Shown here in pieces: positions 9,401-17,685 of a DNA stretch of 64,000 nt. The notes under the pieces were generated by a model. The model ran no database searches. It saw nothing but the letters and a program-made list of their open reading frames with translations, and was not told the origin of the DNA. A program made the position numbers and the translations under genes. This DNA comes from Armatimonadota bacterium (GTDB taxonomy: Bacteria > Armatimonadota > Fimbriimonadia > Fimbriimonadales > GBS-DC), in the NCBI GenBank assembly GCA_037444405.1, contig JBBIML010000006.1, positions 177,438 to 241,437 of the forward strand, in the 5' to 3' direction. Every line of letters starts with the position of its first letter. Positions within the stretch are counted from its first letter, which is position 1.

Positions 9401-10475
9401 GCTGGCACCATTGGCGCAAAACCCATTCGACGCCGTGCTGCTGCACCCAATCGCGCAACTGTACCGATTCGGCGTCGCTCGGGTCATAGTAGCGGAGCGC
9501 GGCAAGGATTGCCTCCCGGAACGGCTCGCTATCCTCACCCTGCTCGCGCAACAGGCGATACGCGCCCACCAGTCGGTCATCGGCGCGCAGTTTGCGCAGC
9601 GGCTCGCGTGCCACCCGCGCGATAGGATCGTTCAGCGCAGGGTGCTGGATGCGAGCCACGATGTCGGCGACCGTTTGATGATGCTCAGCGTGGTCAAAGG
9701 CAAATGCCTTCAGCAGCGCCCGCTCCAGTGCAGCCGCCGCGCGCTCGAACCGCTCGCGGATAGAAGCGTCGTTGAGGGCTTGCTGGATGGTGGTGTAGCC
9801 TTTCTGTGCGCCCAGATAGGCGACCAGCGCGTGCAGCCCATTATGCACATAGAGCTTGCGCAGGAAATAGTTCTCGAAGGGGCGCACGGGATGGACGCCT
9901 TCGATGGGAGGTAGCTCGCCACGAATGGCGTCGGCGTCGAGGAGCAGGCGGTCGTGGCGTTCAGCGCGCACGCCGGGCGGGTCGCCGGGCAGTTCCGCCA
10001 CCACCTGCCGCTCAACCACACACCGCACCAGCACCACCGCCTCATCCAGAGCCATATCGGGCAGCGCGGTTCGAAGCGCGTCGCGCACAATCTGGTCGGC
10101 ATGCAGTTCGTTCTCGCCCAGCAGCAGGTGGAGCGGCGGGCGCCGATGGGCGACGCGCAGGCGCAGTCCCTCCGTTAGCAGAGGGGCAATCGCGGGCAGG
10201 GCGCCGGCTCCCACTGTTGTCGCGCCGATCCTCGCGTTCAGGCACGCCTGTGCAATCGCCTCGCGCTCCGTTGTGTGCAACGCCTGCACGGGCGCAATCG
10301 TTTCCCGCTCGCCGTCCAGCCACTCAATCCAGCAGGCGCGATGGCGCTGCAGGCTCTGCACCAGCTCCGGGCGCGCCTCCACGAACACCACCTCCAGCCC
10401 TGCGCGGGTGAACAGCTGGGCGAACAGCCCGCGCCCAATCCTGCCCGCGCCGAACTGAAGGGCAACCGAAGGCAT
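9387..10475 (-). CDS. Mannitol dehydrogenase family protein (mannitol-1-phosphate 5-dehydrogenase-like).
   Basis: N-terminal Rossmann motif LQFGAGRIGRG. Central KLYVHNGLHALVAYLG resembles the MtlD family signature. Confidence 0.65.
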   Translation of the reverse strand: MPSVALQFGAGRIGRGLFAQLFTRAGLEVVFVEARPELVQSLQRHRACWIEWLDGERETIAPVQALHTTEREAIAQACLNARIGATTVGAGALPAIAPLLTEGLRLRVAHRRPPLHLLLGENELHADQIVRDALRTALPDMALDEAVVLVRCVVERQVVAELPGDPPGVRAERHDRLLLDADAIRGELPPIEGVHPVRPFENYFLRKLYVHNGLHALVAYLGAQKGYTTIQQALNDASIRERFERAAAALERALLKAFAFDHAEHHQTVADIVARIQHPALNDPIARVAREPLRKLRADDRLVGAYRLLREQGEDSEPFREAILAALRYYDPSDAESVQLRDWVQQHGVEWVLRQWCQLSLV

Positions 10476-10478
10476 GCG

Positions 10479-11819
10479 CTAATTATCACCCACCGCGCCG
10501 AAGTTAAACAGCACGGTCAGCAGGTCGGCATCGTCCACCACGCCGTCGCCGTTCAGGTCCTCCAATAAGCCAGAACCCGTCTGCCCGAAGGCGAACAGCA
10601 CCACCAGCAGGTCGGCATCGTCAATCACATTATCGCCGTTAATATCGCCGTTGATGAGGTTGAACACCAGCCCGGAAACATCGGAGTCCAACGATACATT
10701 GCGGATGACCCGCCACAGGCTGGTGGGCGCACGGCAGGCAAGATTGTAAGTGCCCGACATCAGCGAGGTGTAGGTGGTGAAGTTGCCGTTCGAGTCGGTG
10801 TTGAGGGTGCGCTGCTGACGCACCTGATTGCTGCCCGGCTCCCGAATCTCCAGTGTGAAGGGTACCGTTTGCAGCGCCTGCCGATCAAAGATGATGCGTC
10901 CCGAAATAAATCGCCGCACAGGTGTGTAGTCGGTGAGCATGATGTCGTACCAGCCCCCTGCCCGTCCACCCGCGTAGCTGAACCCCTCGACCAAGATATA
11001 GTAGATACCTGCGGGCAGATTCTGGAGCGCGATCCGCGAGGTGAAGGGATTGAAGGGGTCATGGGGGTCGTCATCGTTGGTGGCGAGCGGATTGAACGCC
11101 GAGTCGTAGACGGTTACGACGGTATCGGTCGCGCCGAAGGTGCGCACAGTGAGGTTGCCGGCGCCGATTTCGATGCGGTAGTAGTCGAAATCGGTCTGGC
11201 GATAGGTCAGGAAGGCATTCGAGATCAGCGTGAAATCGTCGGCAAGGTTGCCCGCATCGGTGGCGGTAGCAAAGGTGTCATTTGTTCCGTTAACCTCGTA
11301 AGGGTCATAGTCGGGCGCGGTGCTACCGTCGAACAGGCGCAGGGTGTAGCGGAGGCGTGCCAGCTCACCAGAGGCGGCTATCGAGCGTACCTGCACATAG
11401 TAGGTGCCCGCGGAAAGGCTGATGGTGATGCCCGAATCGGCGTTCGTGAAGGATGTATCGCGGTTGCCGCGCGTGTTATCGCCCGGCACATCATCGTCGT
11501 TTTCCGCTATCAAGCCGCCGCTGCTGTTATAAAGCGCCAGCACCGAGTCGAAGGTGGTGTCCACACGGAAGGTGTAGGTGCCCGATTGCAACACCTGGAA
11601 GCGGAAGTAGTCCAGGTCGCCATCGGGGTTGATCAAGCCCCGAACGACCTTCATCACGCGCTGGTTGGTGGAGTCGCGCCCCACGACACCCACATTGTGG
11701 GCATTCGCGATGGTATCGTTCAGCTCCTGTTCGGTCAGAAACTCGATGCGCGGCATTTGCGCAGCCGCGAGCATCAGTGTCAGCCCCAGCATCCCAATCA
11801 GTATCGTTTCCCTTCTCAT
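10479..11819 (-). CDS. Secreted protein with repeated pre-peptidase-C-terminal-like beta domains and a C-terminal tandem dockerin-like module.
   Basis: Signal peptide MRRETILIGMLGLTLMLAAAQ. Repeated D.DYFRF/DFDYYRI...GTYY.V motifs. C-terminus DINGDNVIDDADLLVVLFAFG...[21 protein letters not shown]. Confidence 0.75.
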   Translation of the reverse strand: MRRETILIGMLGLTLMLAAAQMPRIEFLTEQELNDTIANAHNVGVVGRDSTNQRVMKVVRGLINPDGDLDYFRFQVLQSGTYTFRVDTTFDSVLALYNSSGGLIAENDDDVPGDNTRGNRDTSFTNADSGITISLSAGTYYVQVRSIAASGELARLRYTLRLFDGSTAPDYDPYEVNGTNDTFATATDAGNLADDFTLISNAFLTYRQTDFDYYRIEIGAGNLTVRTFGATDTVVTVYDSAFNPLATNDDDPHDPFNPFTSRIALQNLPAGIYYILVEGFSYAGGRAGGWYDIMLTDYTPVRRFISGRIIFDRQALQTVPFTLEIREPGSNQVRQQRTLNTDSNGNFTTYTSLMSGTYNLACRAPTSLWRVIRNVSLDSDVSGLVFNLINGDINGDNVIDDADLLVVLFAFGQTGSGLLEDLNGDGVVDDADLLTVLFNFGAVGDN

Positions 11820-11859
11820 AGCTCCTTTCCCGTACCTCTATTATAGCACAGGTGTGCCT

Positions 11860-12552
11860 TTAAAGCAGCCCCTGCTCACGGAAACTGGTATATCTGCCGT
11901 CGCCGATGATGATGTGATCGAGCAGTTCGATGCCGAGCAGGTTGCCCGCCTCGCGCAGGCGGCGGGTGATGGCGATGTCTTCGGGGCTGGGAGTGGGGTC
12001 GCCGCTGGGATGGTTGTGGGCGGCAATCCAGCAGGCGGCACCTTCGCGAATAGCAGCGCGATACACCTCACGCGGATGCACCAGACTGCTATCCAGCGTG
12101 CCGATGGAGATGGTCTCGGCGCGAAGCACCCGATTTTTGATGTCCAGTAGCACGGCAATAAAATGTTCGCGTTTCTCAAACAGCAGGTCCGCATAAAGCA
12201 GGTTATAGACATCTTCAGGCGAGCGGATTTGCGGGCGTTCCTGGAAGGTGCTAATGGCGACGCGGCGTCCCAGCTCCATCGCGGCGGCAATCTGGGTCGC
12301 TTTCGCCAGCCCCATGCCTTTGACGGCGGCTAACTCGCGCACGGTGGCGTTCAGCACACCGCGCAAGCCGTTGAACCGCTGGAGCAGTTCCTGTGCCAGC
12401 TGGAGCGCGGAGCGCTGGCGTGTACCCGTGCGCAACAAGATGGCGAGCAGTTCATGGTCGCGCAGGCTTGCCGCGCCCCATGTCGCCAGCTTTTCGCGCG
12501 GACGCTCCGAAGCGGGCAGCTCCCGAATGGTCGTATAGGTTGTCGGCTCCAT
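11860..12552 (-). CDS. radC: RadC-family JAB/MPN domain protein (UPF0758).
   Basis: IRELPASERPREKL N-terminus, HhH region and JAMM-like HNHPSGDPTPSPEDI motif. Confidence 0.85.
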   Translation of the reverse strand: MEPTTYTTIRELPASERPREKLATWGAASLRDHELLAILLRTGTRQRSALQLAQELLQRFNGLRGVLNATVRELAAVKGMGLAKATQIAAAMELGRRVAISTFQERPQIRSPEDVYNLLYADLLFEKREHFIAVLLDIKNRVLRAETISIGTLDSSLVHPREVYRAAIREGAACWIAAHNHPSGDPTPSPEDIAITRRLREAGNLLGIELLDHIIIGDGRYTSFREQGLL

Positions 12553-12559
12553 CGTTCAC

Positions 12560-13069
12560 CTATAGTGCTTTTTTGAGGCGGGTATGCACCGCGTCCAGCA
12601 GGGAGTGAACTGCGCCGCCTGCGATCAGCCCGATCAGCAGCGCCAGCACCTCCTGCCGATAGGTGAGCATCCAGTCGGTGGCGTGCAGCAGCCAGCTCTG
12701 GGTGTCCACCTGCAACGCCAGCCCGATGCGTGTCAGCAGCCAGCTGATGACGCTCACGAACAGCACGAGCATCGCAATCAGGTAGGCGACGCGCAATAGC
12801 GGACCAATACCCAGCCCGTGCGAAATCCAGCTCCGATGCGGCACCAGCTTCTGATAGGGATACCACAGCACGCGCAGGGGTCCCCAGCGGTAGTACGCGC
12901 TGGAGCGCGTGTCCAGATCGCTGGAGAGCCAGATGCCCGAAAAGGTGTAGCTGGCGATGGCGAGCCAGGCGAGCGGGCGCGTCTCCGGCGGCAGGCATAT
13001 TGTCGAGAGCGGGATCGCTCCCGCCGCCGTCGCGATGGTCACCCAGTCATGCACCTTGCCCGATGGCAT
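12560..13069 (-). CDS. Small membrane protein, DUF2227-like putative metal-binding protein.
   Basis: MPSGKVHDW N-terminus, several TM segments and a conserved-looking SHG motif. The family call is from memory only. Confidence 0.5.
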   Translation of the reverse strand: MPSGKVHDWVTIATAAGAIPLSTICLPPETRPLAWLAIASYTFSGIWLSSDLDTRSSAYYRWGPLRVLWYPYQKLVPHRSWISHGLGIGPLLRVAYLIAMLVLFVSVISWLLTRIGLALQVDTQSWLLHATDWMLTYRQEVLALLIGLIAGGAVHSLLDAVHTRLKKAL

Positions 13070-13081
13070 CGCTGTGGTTGC

Positions 13082-14137
13082 TTATAAGCCAGCCGCTTTG
13101 CGCATCTTCTCGATGGCGCGGGCTTCCAGCTGGCGCACACGCTCGCGACTGAGGTTCAGCGCGCGCCCGATTTCCGAGATAGTGAGCGGTTGCGCCCCTC
13201 CCAGCCCGTAGCGCAGCTCGATCACGGTGCGTTCCTTCTCGTTCAGCACGCCGAGCAGCGGCTCCAAATTGAACCCTTCTTCGATGGGCGGCGGCTCTTC
13301 GGCAATCAGGTCGAGCAGGGTCGCCTCCTCGCCACCGCCACCGACTGGCGTTTCAAGGGAGATGGGTCGCGCGACAGCGTTCAGCAGATTGCTGACCTGT
13401 TCGACGCTCATGCCAGCGTGCCGGGCAATCTCGTGCAGGGTCGGCTGGCGTCCGAGCTGTTGCTGGAGCAGGGCGGTGGTCTGGCGCACGCGGCGCAATG
13501 CCTTCATGAGATGCTCTGGCAGGCGCACTGTTGCAGCCTGCACCTGCAGCGCCCGCCCAATCTGATGGCGGATCCACCAGGCAGCAAAGGTGGCGAAGGG
13601 TGTGCCCTTTTCCGGGCGGAACAGGTTCACCGCTCGCATCAGCCCCAGCGTGCCCTCCTGAATCAGGTCAGCGAGCGGCAGTCCGCGTCCCGTGTAGTGG
13701 CGAGCGATGGAGAGAACCAGTCGCAGGTTCGATTCGATCAGCCGTTCGCGTGCGGTCTCGTCGCCTTCACGCGCCTGACGGGCGAGTTCCTGCTCCTCAT
13801 CGGGCGTCAGGCGCGGGGCGCGCGTCGCCTGCCGAACCCACCACTGCACCGGGTCATCAAGCGTCTCGCTCTCCATCTGCTCGATGGCGCGGTCGGCTTC
13901 TTCCGCCAGCAGGCGCAGCTCCCGCTCGGCTGCCTCGCTACCGAGCAGCACAGGAATGCCCTCCTGCTCAAAAATCGCAAGTGCCTCCTCGATAGCTTCG
14001 GGTTCCAATAGCTCCGGCAGGCTCCCTGTCAGCTCCTCCACCGTGATGTAGCCCTGCTGACGCCCCTTTTCGATGAGCGCGAGCATCCTGTCCGAGTCAT
14101 AGCCCGACGGTATCTCGTTCATTGCCATCCTCCGCAA
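13082..14137 (-). CDS. rpoD: Primary-type RNA polymerase sigma-70 factor.
   Basis: Regions 1.1 to 4.2 are recognisable (YITVEEL; DLIQEGTLGLMRAVNLF; TVRLPEHL; TLHEIA; LSRERVRQLEARAIEKMR). It lies directly downstream of dnaG. Confidence 0.9.
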   Translation of the reverse strand: MRRMAMNEIPSGYDSDRMLALIEKGRQQGYITVEELTGSLPELLEPEAIEEALAIFEQEGIPVLLGSEAAERELRLLAEEADRAIEQMESETLDDPVQWWVRQATRAPRLTPDEEQELARQAREGDETARERLIESNLRLVLSIARHYTGRGLPLADLIQEGTLGLMRAVNLFRPEKGTPFATFAAWWIRHQIGRALQVQAATVRLPEHLMKALRRVRQTTALLQQQLGRQPTLHEIARHAGMSVEQVSNLLNAVARPISLETPVGGGGEEATLLDLIAEEPPPIEEGFNLEPLLGVLNEKERTVIELRYGLGGAQPLTISEIGRALNLSRERVRQLEARAIEKMRKAAGL

Positions 14138-14152
14138 CTGCCTTTCACGATT

Positions 14153-15937
14153 TTAAGATTCGACGCGCAGGCGCCAGTATTCCTGCCACTTATCGGGGTC
14201 AGGGGGCGTATTGCTGTGGGTGAGTTCGTGGAGGAGCTGCATGCGGCGGGCGCGCTCCTGACGCCGACGGAGGTAAGCGATGCAGTCAGCGATGATGGTG
14301 GGCGTCAGCGGCGGCTCGGTCTGCATCAGCAGGCTGGTCAACAGCGCCTGCAACGGCTCCTGATTGAGGGTCTCAAGCAGCTCGCGCGGGGTGTACCGGT
14401 AGGGCGGTTGAGGGAGTTGCTGGAGCGCTTGGGCGAGCGCGGCATGGTCGGGCAGGCTCCACTCGATCTGGGGCAGCTGTTCCCATGCAGAGGCGGCGGT
14501 TTCGGGCAATAGCACCGCTCGCAGAAGCGTACGCTCGGCGTCGATCACGGCGCGTGGCAGCTCGACGGAGAGCGCGGGCACCTCTGGGGCGGGCGCCTGC
14601 GTTTCGGTGGCGCGGGCGGGACGGCGTTGCGCACGCTGCAGGCGTCGCACATCGCGCCAGAGTGCCTCCATCGCCGCCTGCGGACTGGTCACATAAGCGG
14701 GGCTGAGCGGCGCCAGCTGCTGCAGGCAGGCGGTCTGATCGGTGTGGCTGGTCAATCGCGCCACGAACGCCAGCGCCTCCCGCAGCAGGCGCGTGCGAGC
14801 CGCGAGATCGAGCTGCTCCGCGCGTTCCACACCTGCCTGACGGAGATGCTCCTGCAGAATCTGCTCCAGCCCGAACAGCGCCGCGGGGCGTGCCCGCTCG
14901 ATGGCTTGCTGCAACGCTTCGGCGCCCTGCGCCCGCAACAGGCTATCGGGGTCTTCGCCAGCCGGCAGCTCCACAATCAACGCCGTGATGCCCGCCCCCT
15001 CCAGAATCTCGGCTGCCCGCAGCGCGGCGCGAACCCCGGCGCTGTCCGAATCGTAGAGCAGATAGACGCGCCCGGCGATGCGCCGCAGCCGCGCCGCATG
15101 CTGCTCGGTGAACGCCGTGCCCAGCGTTGCGACCGCATGGTCGAACCCGAACTGATGCAACATCACCAGGTCCATATAGCCCTCGACCACAATCGCGCTG
15201 CGCTGCCTTACGATGGCGCTCCGCGCCAGATGCCAGCCGTAGAGGGTGTCGCGCTTCTGGAAGAGTGGGGTTTCAGGCGTGTTGAGATATTTCGGCTCCT
15301 CATCGCCCAGCACGCGCCCGCCAAACGCTATCACGCGCCCCGACGGGTCGTGAATCGGGAACACGATGCGATGGCGCAGGTAGTCATAGAACCCCTGCTC
15401 GCCCTGACGGATCAGTCCGGCGGCAAGCGCATCTTCGCGGCTGACCTGGTGCCGCTGCAGAAATCGGAGTAGGTGGTCCCAGCCGTCGGGCGCATAGCCC
15501 AGCTGGAACCGTTCGATGGTGGCAGGGGTCAAGCCTCGCTGGTGCAGGTAGCGCTGGGCGCGGGCGGAACGCTGCAGGCACTGGCGATAGTAGAAGTGGG
15601 CGGCGAACAGCGCCCGATGGAGGCGGTCGCGTTCGTCGGGGGCTTCTGATGGTTCCTGACGCAGTTCGATGCCCGCCTGCGCCGCCAGCCGGCGCAACGC
15701 CTCGCGGAAGGAGATGCCCTCGATGCGCATCAGAAAGGCGAAGGCGTCGCCCGACGCCCCGCACCCGAAGCAGTGGAACCGGTTCAGGCTCGGACTAACA
15801 TAGAACGAGGGCGTGCGCTCGGTGTGGAAGGGACATAGCCCTTTGAAGTTGCTGCCCGCTCGCTCCAGCGCCACATAGCCTGAGACCAGTTCCACCAGAT
15901 CGATGCGCTCACGGATCTCCTCACGCAGGTCGCGCAT
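14153..15937 (-). CDS. dnaG: DNA primase.
   Basis: Zn-ribbon CPFHTERTPSFYVS...FHCFGCGASGD and a TOPRIM region (VVEGYMDLV...DSDSAG). Confidence 0.9.
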   Translation of the reverse strand: MRDLREEIRERIDLVELVSGYVALERAGSNFKGLCPFHTERTPSFYVSPSLNRFHCFGCGASGDAFAFLMRIEGISFREALRRLAAQAGIELRQEPSEAPDERDRLHRALFAAHFYYRQCLQRSARAQRYLHQRGLTPATIERFQLGYAPDGWDHLLRFLQRHQVSREDALAAGLIRQGEQGFYDYLRHRIVFPIHDPSGRVIAFGGRVLGDEEPKYLNTPETPLFQKRDTLYGWHLARSAIVRQRSAIVVEGYMDLVMLHQFGFDHAVATLGTAFTEQHAARLRRIAGRVYLLYDSDSAGVRAALRAAEILEGAGITALIVELPAGEDPDSLLRAQGAEALQQAIERARPAALFGLEQILQEHLRQAGVERAEQLDLAARTRLLREALAFVARLTSHTDQTACLQQLAPLSPAYVTSPQAAMEALWRDVRRLQRAQRRPARATETQAPAPEVPALSVELPRAVIDAERTLLRAVLLPETAASAWEQLPQIEWSLPDHAALAQALQQLPQPPYRYTPRELLETLNQEPLQALLTSLLMQTEPPLTPTIIADCIAYLRRRQERARRMQLLHELTHSNTPPDPDKWQEYWRLRVES

Positions 15938-15963
15938 GCAACAGGGTCGCCTCGCTTCGATGA

Positions 15964-16731
15964 TCAGATGGCAGGTCCGCCCATCCCTTTGGGACCGCCA
16001 CCTCCACCGCCCGTAGCTGGGGGTGGCGGAGCGCCCATCCCACCAGGTGAAGGACCACCGCCTGCCATCCCTGCCTGTTGACCTCCGCCCACACCGATGA
16101 AGCCCGGACCGCTGAGCGGAATGCCCGCCGCGACGGCAATCGCCATCACCTTGTTGGTTCTGGTATCGAGCAGAAATGCAACCCCCAGCTTGTTGTATCG
16201 TGCCAGGATTACATCGCCCTGATACTGATGCTCCTGTGGATAGCCATAGGCACGCACCACTTTGCTGTAGGGGTCGCCCAGCGTGATACCGCGTGCCGTG
16301 CGAACATTCGGGTCAGGCTTATAGCCGTGCGCACTGATCTGCACCACGCGCCCATCTTTGTTCACGACAAACGCATAGGTGCTACCACCTTTGCCCTTGT
16401 AGATGTAGGTGGTCTCCATCTCGACGCGCTGCTCGCCCGGCGTCCCACCTGTGCCAGGCGGCTGACCGAAGCCGGGCGGCCCGCCAGGACCGGGCATCTC
16501 GCCACCTGGGCCCGTTTGTTGTTGCTGCTGTTGATCAAACCGTTGCACAGTTATCGGGACATAGGTAATCTGGCGCGGATTGCCAAACTTCTGCAGCACA
16601 CGCACCGCAGGGCTAAACAGCCGAATGCCTAACAGCTCCACCTCCGTGCGCTGTTTGCTCTGGGCGGTCAGACCCAGCAGCAAAGCGATGGCGCCAGTCG
16701 CCACAACCGCATATTTCCAGACGCTCTTCAT
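15964..16731 (-). CDS. Secreted hypothetical protein with Q-run and Gly/Pro-rich low-complexity segments.
   Basis: Signal peptide MKSVWKYAVVATGAIALLLGL. SD ggagg upstream. There is an internal QQQQQQTGPGG... tract and a G/P-rich C-terminus. Confidence 0.6.
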   Translation of the reverse strand: MKSVWKYAVVATGAIALLLGLTAQSKQRTEVELLGIRLFSPAVRVLQKFGNPRQITYVPITVQRFDQQQQQQTGPGGEMPGPGGPPGFGQPPGTGGTPGEQRVEMETTYIYKGKGGSTYAFVVNKDGRVVQISAHGYKPDPNVRTARGITLGDPYSKVVRAYGYPQEHQYQGDVILARYNKLGVAFLLDTRTNKVMAIAVAAGIPLSGPGFIGVGGGQQAGMAGGGPSPGGMGAPPPPATGGGGGGPKGMGGPAI

Positions 16732-16852
16732 CCCTATCGCCTCCGTCTATACTATACCCTATCTTCTTCGGTCAAAACCGTGCTGTTCCCGATAGGGTTG
16801 TGCATAGTCGTTTCGACGCGCCTGCCGCCCCTCCTGTTCCGACCGTGAGAGG

Positions 16853-17083
16853 TCATTTTAAGCCCTTCTGGGCTACAATCTTAGCATGATGGAACGGCAC
16901 CGTTCACTCGTGGAACAGATGGAGACTTGCTTGCGCCAACTTTTGGACACCGAAGCCGACACCCTCGCCCAGCAAATCGGGTTTGTCCAGCGCCAGCGCA
17001 AACTCACCGGTGTGTCGGCGTCGGAGGCGTCCTGCGACCTTTCAGTTGCTGCTTGGGGAGGGAGGCTTAAATTGATGCCAATG
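16853..17083 (+). mobile_element. MITE-like miniature derivative of an IS4-family element, copy 1.
   Basis: 231 bp that re-occur in inverted orientation at 21578-21808. It carries a truncated ORF (MMERHRSLVEQMET...IGFVQRQRKLTG) resembling the N-terminus of IS4-type DDE transposases. The right terminus is ggcttaaattga; the left terminus is degraded. Confidence 0.6.
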
Positions 17084-17160
17084 CTACGCTGGCAATCCTG
17101 TGGTATGATTCAGACCAGCCGCTGCGAGAAGCGGCGCTTGCCGATGGACAGGAGGGCATC

Positions 17161-17588
17161 ATGCGAGCAGCTATTGCGAAAGGGTTAAGTTGCCTGCTGA
17201 TGGCGGGCGTCAGCATGGCAGTGTTGCTGGCGCAGGTGGAAGACCCGCGCCTTGTATGGAAGCTGGAAGGGCGATCCACACCCGCTGGAGCGCTCGCGAT
17301 CTCGCCTGATGGACAGTGGCTCGCCACAGGTGAAGGACGCTCCTGGTACGAGCCACCCTACACCCTGTTCAAAGTCTGGAACCTGCGGACGAACCAGACC
17401 GTTCTGCCTCTTCACTCATGGCGGGTCGGTCAAGCAGGTTTCTATCAGACCAAGTGGACGATGCCGACCTGCTGATCGTACTGTTCAACTTCGGGCAGTA
17501 CCACACGGACGGCGACCTGAACGATGACGGGCGCGTGGACGACGCCGACCTGCTGATCGTGCTGTTCAACCACAGCGCGGGCTGCTGA
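17161..17588 (+). pseudogene. Decayed secreted-protein gene: signal peptide plus one WD40-like repeat, then an out-of-frame dockerin-like tail.
   Basis: The frame-1 ORF (signal peptide, LAISPDGQWLATGEG) stops at 17475. The dockerin pair VDDADLLIVLFNFG...VDDADLLIVLFNHSAGC* continues in frame 3 to 17588. A 56-codon dockerin-only ORF (17418-17588) is possible. Confidence 0.55.
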
Positions 17589-17612
17589 ACCTTGACGCCT
17601 CCTCTCACAGCG

Positions 17613-17648
17613 CCCTCTCTCCCACCTCAGGGAGGGAGGGTGTTTTTT
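17613..17648 (+). terminator. Rho-independent terminator.
   Basis: ccctctctccc-acctca-gggagggaggg hairpin (one G-T wobble) followed by tgtttttt. Confidence 0.6.
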
Positions 17649-17685
17649 ATCGGGCAGGCGGCGGGTCAGGTAAACTTTTAACGGC

